NCBI GenBank assembly: GCA_054600435.1 | Contig: BAAIJX010000006.1 | Coordinates: forward strand, 682,001 to 746,000 | DNA: 64,000 nt | Reading direction: 5' to 3' | Source of the DNA: Neophaeotheca triangularis | Taxonomy: Eukaryota | In this document: piece after piece, positions 1 through 10,400 of the stretch | How positions within the stretch are numbered: the first letter of the stretch is position 1 | How the letters are laid out: each line of letters begins with the position of its first letter | Notes under the pieces: model-generated | The model's database searches: none | What the model was told of the DNA's origin: nothing | What the model saw: only the letters and a program-made list of their open reading frames with translations | Made by a program: the position numbers and the translations under genes

Positions 1-1722
1 TTGGGTTTGCCGGGTTGTAGGCTTTGGACTTTGGGATTTTGGTGCTTGAGCTTTTCGTGTAGTCTGTGGGTTTCTTATGTTTTTCTATGTCCGATAGTGC
101 TGACGATTCCACCCTAACTTTCAGATTATTCGCTTGTATAATTCATTAACAAGACTGAACACCTTCACTGTATGGTTGATATTTCGTTCACTTTGTGAAA
201 TCGGTGTTTTGAGTTCCTAGTGGAAACGCCTCACTTCATAAACTTAAACCGGACATTATTGTCCATGTTCGCCGGGGACACACTACTAGTGCTCCTGGTT
301 TCTAACTCCCTTGTAGGCTGTCAATTGACTCATACCTAGCTACATGCATGCACACCGGCGGGCCATTCATTCGACAAGAAGGCTTTGACACGCCATGATA
401 CGTTTCATGTTCACTTGGCTGTTATCAACACGCCAAACTCTAACCCTATGGTATTGGCTAGAATACAGACAAGAGCTCGCTGAGACTCACACTGAGCAAG
501 GATGACATTCAGAGTCTCTGGGAAAGTCTTGATGCTCAATCTTTCACGCATTTGTCGATCGTCTTTCATCGCCGCAAAGAGCCAGCCATTGCTGCAGTAC
601 TCTGCTGAGCGTCAACGTCTCCCTTCGCAAGGCATCGATCGACGACCAGGCAGCAACAAAGAATGTACCAATGGAAGTCACACTTTGCTGTCTCGCATGA
701 GGCCATGTCACTACTGGCGCGATTTGTGTATATTGACAATGGCAGAAGCATACTCGGCCGCTTAGCCTGGCGGGTGCAGTGGGTGAATCTTTAAAGGTAG
801 GGGTTTCGTAGACAGCATTACGTCGCCATAGTACAGTGCACAACCATTGTCTGTGATGGCGAACCTATCATGGCGGAAGAAATTGATGTACGTATCTTGA
901 CGAGGTGATGTTGCCGCCAAAGGTGGCTCCAGCGCGCGCTCCAGCTGAACACCCCGCCACGTCCGGTCAATATGACCCTGCGTAACGATATGAATCATTC
1001 ACAACCTACCTTTCCTGGAATGTTGCCTCATTGCCTCAGTTTACGTCAAACGTCAAGCGAGGTAGAGAACAGATAAGCGACGTTGGAAATTCTTTGGCTC
1101 ATCTGACGGGGACATGTGATTGGCAGGGCATTCCGCGGTAGTCAGGATTGATGATGACTTTCCATGCCCAGCAGCGCAGGGTTAAGGTAAGTTCCTATGT
1201 AGCAGTCAGCAGTCTGTCAGTACCTTAGTACCTTAGTACATACCTTAGTACCTCATGCTGAGCAGCGATAGTCGCCATGATTGCCTCACTGGGTCAGCTC
1301 GCCCTGGCAGTGTTGCGCCCGCGCCCTGGCCTGACTGACGAGACTGACCAACGAGGACGAGGTGCTGTTGCCATGATCCATCCCATCCATGCATCCATCT
1401 GTGGGTCCTGCGACACAGCCCGCCATCGCTGAGGCGCACCACCTGTGCTTGTCACTCCCATTCTCTTAAGTACTACCTGCTACTACTCTACCTTTCATGC
1501 CTACCTCTCCGGTGAGTGAGCCGTTTATGCTCTTTCCCCTTGTGAGAGCAGATACCTCTCGCGTTTGCCTTCTCTTCGCCCCACCGTGAAACGCACAGCC
1601 TTGCCTCGAGAGCAACATAAAAGACGAGGGGGTTTGCCCATCGCGATAGCCTACTGGAAACCATTTCTCGATTGCGAGCCTCCAGAGAAACGGAATATTC
1701 AAGACCACTTCGACCACAAACC

Positions 1723-2346
1723 ATGGCAAACTATAACCCAGCGGCTTATCAACCCACCGCGCCACAACCCATCCCTCAACGATCAAATAGGAGCTCAAGC
1801 GCCTCTCTGCGCTACGATCCAAACCTCGCCATGGGACCACAGCAAGCAGGCCAATCCCCCCAAGGACACCCAGCATACGGCTCCACGCCCCCGAACCATG
1901 GCGCAACACCGCCCTACGCCGACAACCACTACACGACGCGAGGCTCCTACAGCCAACCGCCGCCTCCCAGCGTCCCCGCAATCCCGGAGCAAGCGCAACC
2001 GCGAAGCTACCCGCACGCACACTTCACCCCTGCCCTCGACGACGGCTCCCACAGGCGATCGCAAGAGGACCCACGCCGCAGCAGCCACGGCAGCCACCCT
2101 TCGCGCCCTTCGCACGACTCGCGACGGCATTCAAACTCCACGCGCCACAGGCACAGTGAGGAGCACCGACACCATCATCCCCGCCACAGTCACGATGATC
2201 GCTATGACGGAGAGGAGCAGGAGGAGGGGCAACGGCATCGCAAGCGTAAGCGAAAGGATAAGGAGAGGAGACCGACGATTGGCGATACTTTGTACTCTGT
2301 CTTTGGGACTATAAAGGATGCGTTGGGGCCGAGGGATAAGTATTGA
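1723..2346 (+). CDS. Hypothetical 207-aa low-complexity protein (Pro/Gln-rich N-terminus, His/Arg-rich middle, short ordered C-terminus)
   Basis: First ATG (ACCATGG context) at 1723 inside the 1672-2346 ORF. Coding-like composition, C-terminal RRPTIGDTLYSVFGTIKDALG, followed by a T-rich 3' region. Confidence 0.75.
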   Translation: MANYNPAAYQPTAPQPIPQRSNRSSSASLRYDPNLAMGPQQAGQSPQGHPAYGSTPPNHGATPPYADNHYTTRGSYSQPPPPSVPAIPEQAQPRSYPHAHFTPALDDGSHRRSQEDPRRSSHGSHPSRPSHDSRRHSNSTRHRHSEEHRHHHPRHSHDDRYDGEEQEEGQRHRKRKRKDKERRPTIGDTLYSVFGTIKDALGPRDKY

Positions 2347-3260
2347 AGTCGAATTTGAATGAGAATCTGGGAATCAATGCGGTTTGATTGATGGCTTTGC
2401 GTTCTTTGAAGATACAAGATACCCGGATCGGCGCTTTGGTTTGTGGCGCATGTTGGTTTCTACCTTATACCCTGCGGCGCAGTCGCTATCAGTATCTCGT
2501 GTAAAGTTTATTTAGAGATGGATTATCAATCGTTTTTACATCATTTTTACAAATATGGTCATCTTAATACTTCTGTTGTTGTTGTTGTTGGGATGGCAGA
2601 CTTGACTAGCCCACAAGCCCAAGACGCATCATTCATCCTTCATCATTCAAGGTTCCGGATCACAGTATTACTACAAACATTATGCACGGTAATGGTGAGA
2701 GTTCAACATCATACGTGAAAGGCAGACAGGCTAGGTGGTAGACGAAAGGAAGGTAAGAGCCTTCGACCTTTATCATGAATTCGTAATGCTACCTCCTACG
2801 GCTCCGACCTCTCTAAAAGAGACGATGAGCCGTACCGATCTCTCAGATGAAACCCGTGGATTCCTCGCTGCTTGAATGCTCCTTCTCCTCGTCTCGGCCC
2901 ACCATAACTATATCCCTCAGTCGGATCCGGTCACTCCGATCAAAGCTGTGAGGCGTGCCGACTTCCCCGAGCCGGCGTGGTCCAAGCTGCTAGCCGCGAC
3001 GACACAGCAGCAGCAGCAGAACTGATGACTAGACGACGACACCGCGAGCCCCTGATCTCCAGGCGGCAATGATCGCAAGCCCTCCCCCGGCAAGCCCAGT
3101 CCAGTCCCGTGCCATCCCTCTCACTAACCCTCAACCCTCAAGACCCCGAGTGAAAAGTCGCAAAGACCAAAGCAGAGAGAGAGCAAAACCAAAGCAAAGG
3201 AGAGAGACATGCCCGCCCAAAGGCGCTTCTCCCAAACCGCGCTCGCTGTGACTCTCCCCT

Positions 3261-3608
3261 CTACTTGCCCCTCTCAAGGAGGCCTCTGACGGTTTCGCGC
3301 ACACTGATGCCGCCGAAGAGCCACTCGTTGCTGTGTCGGCCGCCGTCGATGTAGCGGCCGCTGTTGGCACGGCTCTTGCGCTTGAGAATGGGCTCGCGGC
3401 GGGGTTTGCGGCATGTTGTTGGGGTTGTTGGGGTTGGGCTACCGCTACCGCTACCGCTGCTGCTGCTGCTGCGGGTGCGGTGTCGCTGTTGCTGCTGCTG
3501 TTGCTGCTTTTCGTCCACGAGTGTTGACGACGAGGAGTGGGTTGAGTGGGAATACATGCGGTTTTGGTGGGTGGTGGTTGTGGTTTGTTGGAGGGGGAAG
3601 ATAGACAT
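3261..3608 (-). CDS. Hypothetical 115-aa protein, poly-Q/T/S N-terminus and C-terminal GRHSNEWLFGG motif
   Basis: ATG-initiated ORF with a C/A-rich 5' leader. The ordered C-terminus YIDGGRHSNEWLFGGISVRETVRGLL resembles small Pezizomycotina hypothetical proteins (from recollection, not searched). Confidence 0.65.
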   Translation of the reverse strand: MSIFPLQQTTTTTHQNRMYSHSTHSSSSTLVDEKQQQQQQQRHRTRSSSSSGSGSGSPTPTTPTTCRKPRREPILKRKSRANSGRYIDGGRHSNEWLFGGISVRETVRGLLERGK

Positions 3609-4465
3609 TCGGCAGGGCGAGGTGCTCGCGTTGTGTGTGGTTGGTTGGTTGGATGGCTAGGGAGTTGTCGTGGGTATTCCTGGTTCGGTGTGATTTGGAG
3701 GGTTGATTACTTGATTGGCTTGTTGGTGAAGAAGGAGGGAGTGAAGGGTTTGGGGAGGGGGGTGGTCAACCTAGGTATCTTAACTCCTTACCTAGACGGA
3801 GATGCGTATCCCAGGTCTGGGCATTGAGTCAATTGACTTGTCGCTAAGAGCTACACATGACTGCCAAGTATCACGAAGAAGCCGGCGAACCGGTGGAAGC
3901 AGTCGACGCACAGTAGTAGTGGTGCGAGTCTGCCTCTGCGAGCGAACAGAACAGCAGCCCGAGGCGGACGACGACGACGACGACGCCCAGTTTGCCCATT
4001 AGGGCTGATATCGGTGGGCGTGATTGGGCGGGATAGCCTTATTAGCCTTTCTCGCCAGGGAAGCTGATCCGCTAGCGTGCGATAGTGCTTGGTAGGATCA
4101 CGCACGTGATGATGAATCTCCACGGGCATGGCATGGATAAACGGCAGCGATAGCATTGACATTTTGTGGGGAGCGCCTTGTAGGGCTGCTGGACACAGTC
4201 ACACAACACAGGACACAGCTGCGGAGAAAATGTACAGGGGCCTACGTATACATCCACATCCTTACGCAAGCCACAGCAACCTTCCAAGGTTCGCCAAGAC
4301 GGCTCCAATACTGTCCAGTGTCGTGTCGTGTGGGCGTCCAGGGCTGAAATGAATGCAACACAGGCTGTACGGCTGCCAGCAACACTACCTTACTGCTGAG
4401 AGATAGCTTTTGGTAGACATCCATGGATCCCAAGATACACCAGACTCCAAATCCCATCAGCCGCA

Positions 4466-7400
4466 TCACCTCCCCCTGCCCCCACCCCTCTGCACACAAT
4501 CCCACTCCCAGACCCTGCCCTCTTCATCCCCTGTATAAACCGCCAAACCCATGGGCAAAACGCTGGTAACCGCCGCCTCAACATTCCCTCCATCTTCGCG
4601 ATTCGCATCGGTGTGATTCAACCGCTTCACGAGCAGCAACTCCCAAGCCCCCTCGGGCGAGCTCGTGACAGCCCACACGTTTACAACACCATGCGCGTGC
4701 CCTGTAAACACCAATTCACGCTCCAGCCACTCGTTGCTCGTGCCTTCGTAAAAGGCGAGAGTAGTCGTCACCGAGTGTGGGAGGGGTTGCGAGAAGAGCA
4801 AGTGTCCGTTGAGAGTGTAGAGGTTGAGAGTGTTGGCGATGCAAAGAGCAATGTGGCCGTTGGTATTGTTGATCTTGGCCGCTTGTACGGGAGGACCGCC
4901 CGAGGGCAGCAGAATGCGGATGCTGTCGTGGCGGTTGAGGTCCCAGAGGAGGGCTTGCCCGTCTGCTGAGACGGAAAGTAGCGTGCTGAACACTCTGCTG
5001 GCCGCGAGGAGTGTTACGGGCGCGCGGTGCCCGAAGAGGTAGGTTTTGGGTTGCAAGTCTATCGCGTCGCGGGTTGCTGTTATGTTCCAAAGGCCGATGG
5101 TGCAGTCTTTGCCCGCGGTTACGAGCGTCTTGCTGTCCGCAAATGTGGCCGTGGAGACGGCGCCGATGTGGGTGTTCTCATACAGGCCGAGGAGTCTCTT
5201 GGTGTTGGACGAAAAGAAACGTATGCTATTGTCTGCAAAACCCCACTGTAAGAAGCGATCGCAGTTGGGGAGTATGTTAAGTTTGCATGGCCCGGAACAA
5301 AGCAGCCGCTCTTGGGTGGGTGAGAATGTCAACCCGGCGATCTTTTCGTCGCTTTCGAAAAGTGGAGACGGTAAGCGGATGAGAGACTCTGCTGTAGTGT
5401 CTAGCCTCGAAGTCTTATGCTTCGCTTCTTCTCGAGCTGGGTGGGGGCGTTGGAACGTCTGATGAGGGGTTTGGCCAAAGTTGTGAATTATGCCAATGGT
5501 AGCCAGGCGTTCGACAGGGTCTTGAATGGTGTCAAGGTCTTTTGCACCGTGGTAGGACAGATGCTGGAAGACATTTGTAGCCTCCTCTGCAGCCTCCCCT
5601 CTCTGCTTATATCCAAAGATCAAGTCAACCCACTGGTGTAGACGCTCGCTCACATAGGGGCTCTCGAGTGCTTCACGGTGCTTCGCAATAAATATGTGAG
5701 GGTCGCCCTTCGCCCACTTGGGTAGGTGAACGTTGTTGATGGCCTCTCCGCTACCTTGCTTGGCGCCGAAATCGTATCCGTTAACGTTGCTGAGGAATTC
5801 AGGCAAGTAGAAAAACTCGGGTGTGAGCTCTCGAACATCCGTCATGTTCTCCTTGGAGGCCGAAAGCCATGCGCTTTCGATCGAGTCGAAAAGGCGGTCG
5901 GCATGGTCGAAGACGCCGCCTTGTAGCAGAAGGTATGATTGTACAAAGGGCTGTAGGCGGATGAGGTAGGACGTGACAATCATTGCGGAGGAGTAGTGAG
6001 TTCCATAGTGAAATGGCGGTGCATTGTGGTCTCCCATCTCCGCAAATTGCTTGTACCTTTCCCGGTACTCTGCTTCTCTCAACGCATTCTGACAACCCAT
6101 GGGTTTGGAGAAATCTCGGAAGCTCTTGGGGTCGGTAAGATCCAACTCGTCACTAGTGTAGTCGGCCAGTACCCAAGGGAAGACAGGGTACTGTGTCAGA
6201 TCGTTGAAAGTGCGGCCAGCCATTGTATTGACGAGCATCAGGTATTGGAAGTTGGACATGTCACCCTTGACCCACTTTTTAGTCGCTGTGTGGGAAGGTC
6301 CATTGTTGAAGACGTTTGCAAACTTGAGGCCGAGTGATTGAGGCACTTCTTCCGGATTCCGCAGGGTGTCGAGCCGCCATGAGTCCTCGCTAGCAACCGT
6401 GGCAGTACTGTGTACATGCGGCGCTCTAGAGACGATGCCGTTGTAGAGATCGTCCCGAGTCTTTGCGCTCATCGAGGTAAGAAGATAGCTGCGGCCATCG
6501 GTGAAGAAGACTTCAACCGAGACATCACGGAAGAGGAATCGTCGCTTGGAGATGCTCAGTACTTCTGTCCAGGTCCAATGTCTCGTAGCGTGATCCCCTA
6601 TGCTGTGCTTCGTTCGCTGTGCCCCGACGTCTTTGCCTGATATAAGCTGCACGTAAGGGTCCCGTTCGTCGTCCGGCGCTTGACCAACACTAACAATCTC
6701 GCCGTCCGATCTCTGGAAATAGTTGTCCTGGAGGTAAAGGCACTTCTTGCCCACCACCAGTAGACCCTCACATGCTTCCAAGCCCACGATGCGAGAGACG
6801 TTGTAGAGGTGTTGCACCACATCGCCGCGCTGGAGGCTCGTCATCACTTTGCGATTCTTGTCTTCCACCAGGCCATCCTCGTCTTCTCGCGGGTCGTCAA
6901 CCATCTCAAAGCCTCCTTCTAGGAGCTGTGAATTTGAAGCAGACTCCGCACGAGCCCTGCCTCCCCCGGACACCTCAACTGTGGCATCCGCGCCATCTCC
7001 CACCGGTGTATTAGGCCTGGGCGACATGATATTTTCTGACAATTCTCTAGAAGCTTGCGTACGAAGGGCAAGCTTACCGCCACTGACTGCGCGCTCAGAG
7101 AATTTGCGCTTTGGTTGGTACGCAGCCTTTTGCGCGCTGGTGTCAGGGACAGTCCGCATGCGCATCCGGTTCACAGCCTCAGTCTCGTCGAGTTGCCACT
7201 TAGTATCAGCAGACTCAGCATCCATGCCGCAGGGCTGCCTCGATACCGTGTCAAGCCTGCTAAGCACTGTGAAGAGGTGGCTGACACTTTCCTGATGGTC
7301 CTGCGCTGAGGCTTGGAGCTTCAAGCGCTCTTGCGAATGGACGTTGGCTCTCCAGTGGTTGGTGGTGACTTCGTATTGCTGCATCGTCCTATCGATGGCG

Positions 7401-10400
7401 GCTTCCTCGCTCTGCCATAAACGAAGCTTTTCTCTCCGTTTCAACAGTCTCGATTTTGCTGACTCCTCGCTTCGCCGATTCTCGTCTGCAACAAACTCGT
7501 CCCATGGTTTGGACAAAGCATCGACAAAAATGACATCTAGGCTTTCACGGTTCTCGTCGACCCAAGCAAGGAACTCGTCATCATCCAGTGATACCAATTT
7601 CATAAAGCCCGTTGAAAGATGACGCCGGTCCGAGCCCATAGCATAGGTCAATAGGGTCGCACTTTCGGTGGGCTTCTGCACTAGTACCGTCCTCCACAAG
7701 CTGGCGGCAGCCAGGCGGACAGGACGGACGTTAGCAACCAGCTTGTGGTAGAGTAAGTAGCAGATGAGCCGTATAAACGGCGTCTCTTGATTCTCCGTGG
7801 AGAAGAGGATCGTCTGCCAATAGTTCATGTTGTCGAGGAAGGCTTTTGTCTCATTCTCCGCAACGCGCTCGTCCAGCTCAGATAGCCTCCACAGAGTGAC
7901 GCGGAGAAACACCGTGCGCATTGTATTGGTTGCTTGAGCGCACAGCCTGACACTTTTGACCGAGGCAACATCTGGCTGCTGTAGGTAATCGAGAACCTTG
8001 CCAGTGAACTCTTGCAGTGGCGCTGCTCCGTCAATGAACCAGCCTTCAAAGACAGCCTCAGCCATGTGTAAGCTATACCGAGCGAGGTTGGTGAGCACGC
8101 GAGTCTCGAGAAAAAGGCCTTGATCGAGCTGCAGCTGGTGCCAGAGCTGCTGCATAGTGTGTACAAGGACGTACGACTCGAAGTACGCTTGATACTCTTT
8201 GAAACCCGGGGGCACCTTCAGGAACAGCCCCAACCCAGCGAACTTCTCTCTATTGCAGATTTGATCAAGGAAGATGCTGACGATGAGCTCGAGTAGAGAT
8301 TCTACCAGAGAATTGCCGACATTCAGCTTAATGGGTTCCTTTGTCTTTGGGGCCATAATGGGCGTAAATTGAGCAGGCGAATGGCTTGGTCGGGGTGCAT
8401 CGGGCTTCACAAGCACGAATGATGACAATCTTCGAGGTGGTTCTACTCGTTTGCGAGGTCCAGGAGATGGAGTTTGCTTGCTGCGATCAATCTCTATGCT
8501 CCGCACGGAGGGAGGCCTTTCGCCCAAAGAGTTCGAATGCGGCCTCATGGCAACTTCCTCGCCTTTGAATGTGAGTTGGCCCTTCTCCGATTCAAGCTCC
8601 ATTTCGGCTGGCAATCTGTCGGTACCCGCGATGAGAGGAAAGAGGACAAAGAGAAGCTCTTGTAGATATCGAGAGCTCAAGGCCAAGTCCCGAAAAGCAG
8701 GGCTTCTGTTGTACAGCTCGCTCAGGAACTGCATTACAGTTTTCACGACATGAAAATCTGCTTCGGGTGTCTGCTCATCACGAGTGATGCTACGGAGACC
8801 AGCTTCTAGCATGGCCAGTACTGCTGGCATGATCTCCGAATTTGCCATAACAGTGCGGTCACCAGGCGCAAAGACTTCGATCAACGCGAAAAGGCTGAAA
8901 TTTTCAGCTGCTACGTTGGCCGGCACGTTGTTGCCCAACAAGATAGCGAAGGAGGCCACCCAGATGGTAGGAGATTTCCAGAGCGTTTTGAGCTTAGCTC
9001 TTAGAGTTGTGAAGCCGCCGTTCTTCTCAGCAAAAGGCTTCTTGAAGTCTTGACCTAGGGCGTTGAGACAGCGGGAGATGATGCGCAAAAGTAAGCTGTG
9101 GACTTTCACGTCTGATTCTGACATAACGTGAAGCATCCATCTGTTGGGCACCGATCTTGCAAACCTTCGAATGGCTGCTGTAGAAGTTGTGTCACAGACG
9201 AGGTCGGCTAGTAATTCCAAAGCCATTACAGCAAGATCTGATCGTGCAAGACCGGCGCTCATTTGTAAAGGTGCTCCACTTGGCGTATCCGGGCGAGAAG
9301 CTTTCGCGCTGCGAGCCCACGAGATCGTCCGCTTCCTCAATCTCACGACGCTGGCGACATTCTTGGCAGCTGGCATGGCATTTGACCGCTCATCTTGCAG
9401 ACCAAAGGCCACGAATATCGCAAGATCGCGGTAAAGGGTTTGAGTGCTAGCTTGGTCCATCATGCTTTTGATTGCCTTCATGATGGACTCGGCGACTTGA
9501 GCGTCAATCTCTTCTATTTTGAGCGCCTCGATCAACTTCTTGACTACGCGCATGCGTGTCAATCGCTTGCAATTGAACGCTTGATGTTTGTTGCGAGTTG
9601 TAAAGTGGATGAACTGGGCGTAGTAGCTTTTCTGTGTGGCAACATCACACCTTCGCCAGGTGTCGAAGTCGATCAACAAGACACGGTAAGCCATGGGATT
9701 GACAATGATGGAATCCTCGGGGGCTTCCTTGTTGTATCCCACAAAATCAAGGATAAGGTGTAGGAGCTCGCATGGCAGACCTTGGCGCTGCTCTGGTGCA
9801 AGAGGTGCTGATGCCTTCTTGGTAAGCACCTGCGTAGAAGCACCAAGTTCGAAGCCAAGCTTCTCCCTTATGAGCAGCGCCAATATTCCGAAGCCGTTTC
9901 CCTTCTCCATTGCCTCGCTTATGCGCCAATTGTCCTTGACGCATACGAAAAAGAGCTCGAGCGATTCGAGGAAAGCCGACTTGGTGTTTGCGCACTCCAG
10001 TATGCGTATCAAAGCTGGGAGGCTGCCTGCTAAGCGCCAGGTCGCATCGTCGAGAGCGTGAGATATCGCAACAATCGGTTCACCGGTGAGTATGGCTGCT
10101 CCATAAGACTGTCCAATAGCTTCGCTGACGGTGGGTATTGCAGCGTTTAAGGCTACGAAATCGGCGTTCTGAGCAAGTTGTTTTATTCTGGTGAGAGCTT
10201 TACGAGGGAGCTCGCGTTGCTTCAGGTCTTCGAGCGAAACGACGGCGCTTGGTATGATGCTGAGTAGCAGACGACTTTCTGGTACTACATCGCTTCCACG
10301 TCCTTCGGTAGCTGCTATAATATCGGACTTGTCCGTTTTGTCCGGATGTAGCAGCTCGTTGTATCTGTTGAGCTCGGCCGACGCTCGGTAAGTGAGCAAA

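Noticed and set aside
1..1200. Short ORFs and telomere-like words (ACCCTAAC at 111, TAACCCTA at 441)
   Set aside because: No recognisable product. Single words are not a telomeric array; this is likely promoter/UTR sequence of a gene outside the window.
1565..2314. 249-aa overlapping ORF and other long shadow ORFs (e.g. 15913-16812, 52842-54221, 56861-57799)
   Set aside because: These are alternative-frame or antisense shadows of GC-rich real genes, mostly with non-ATG starts.
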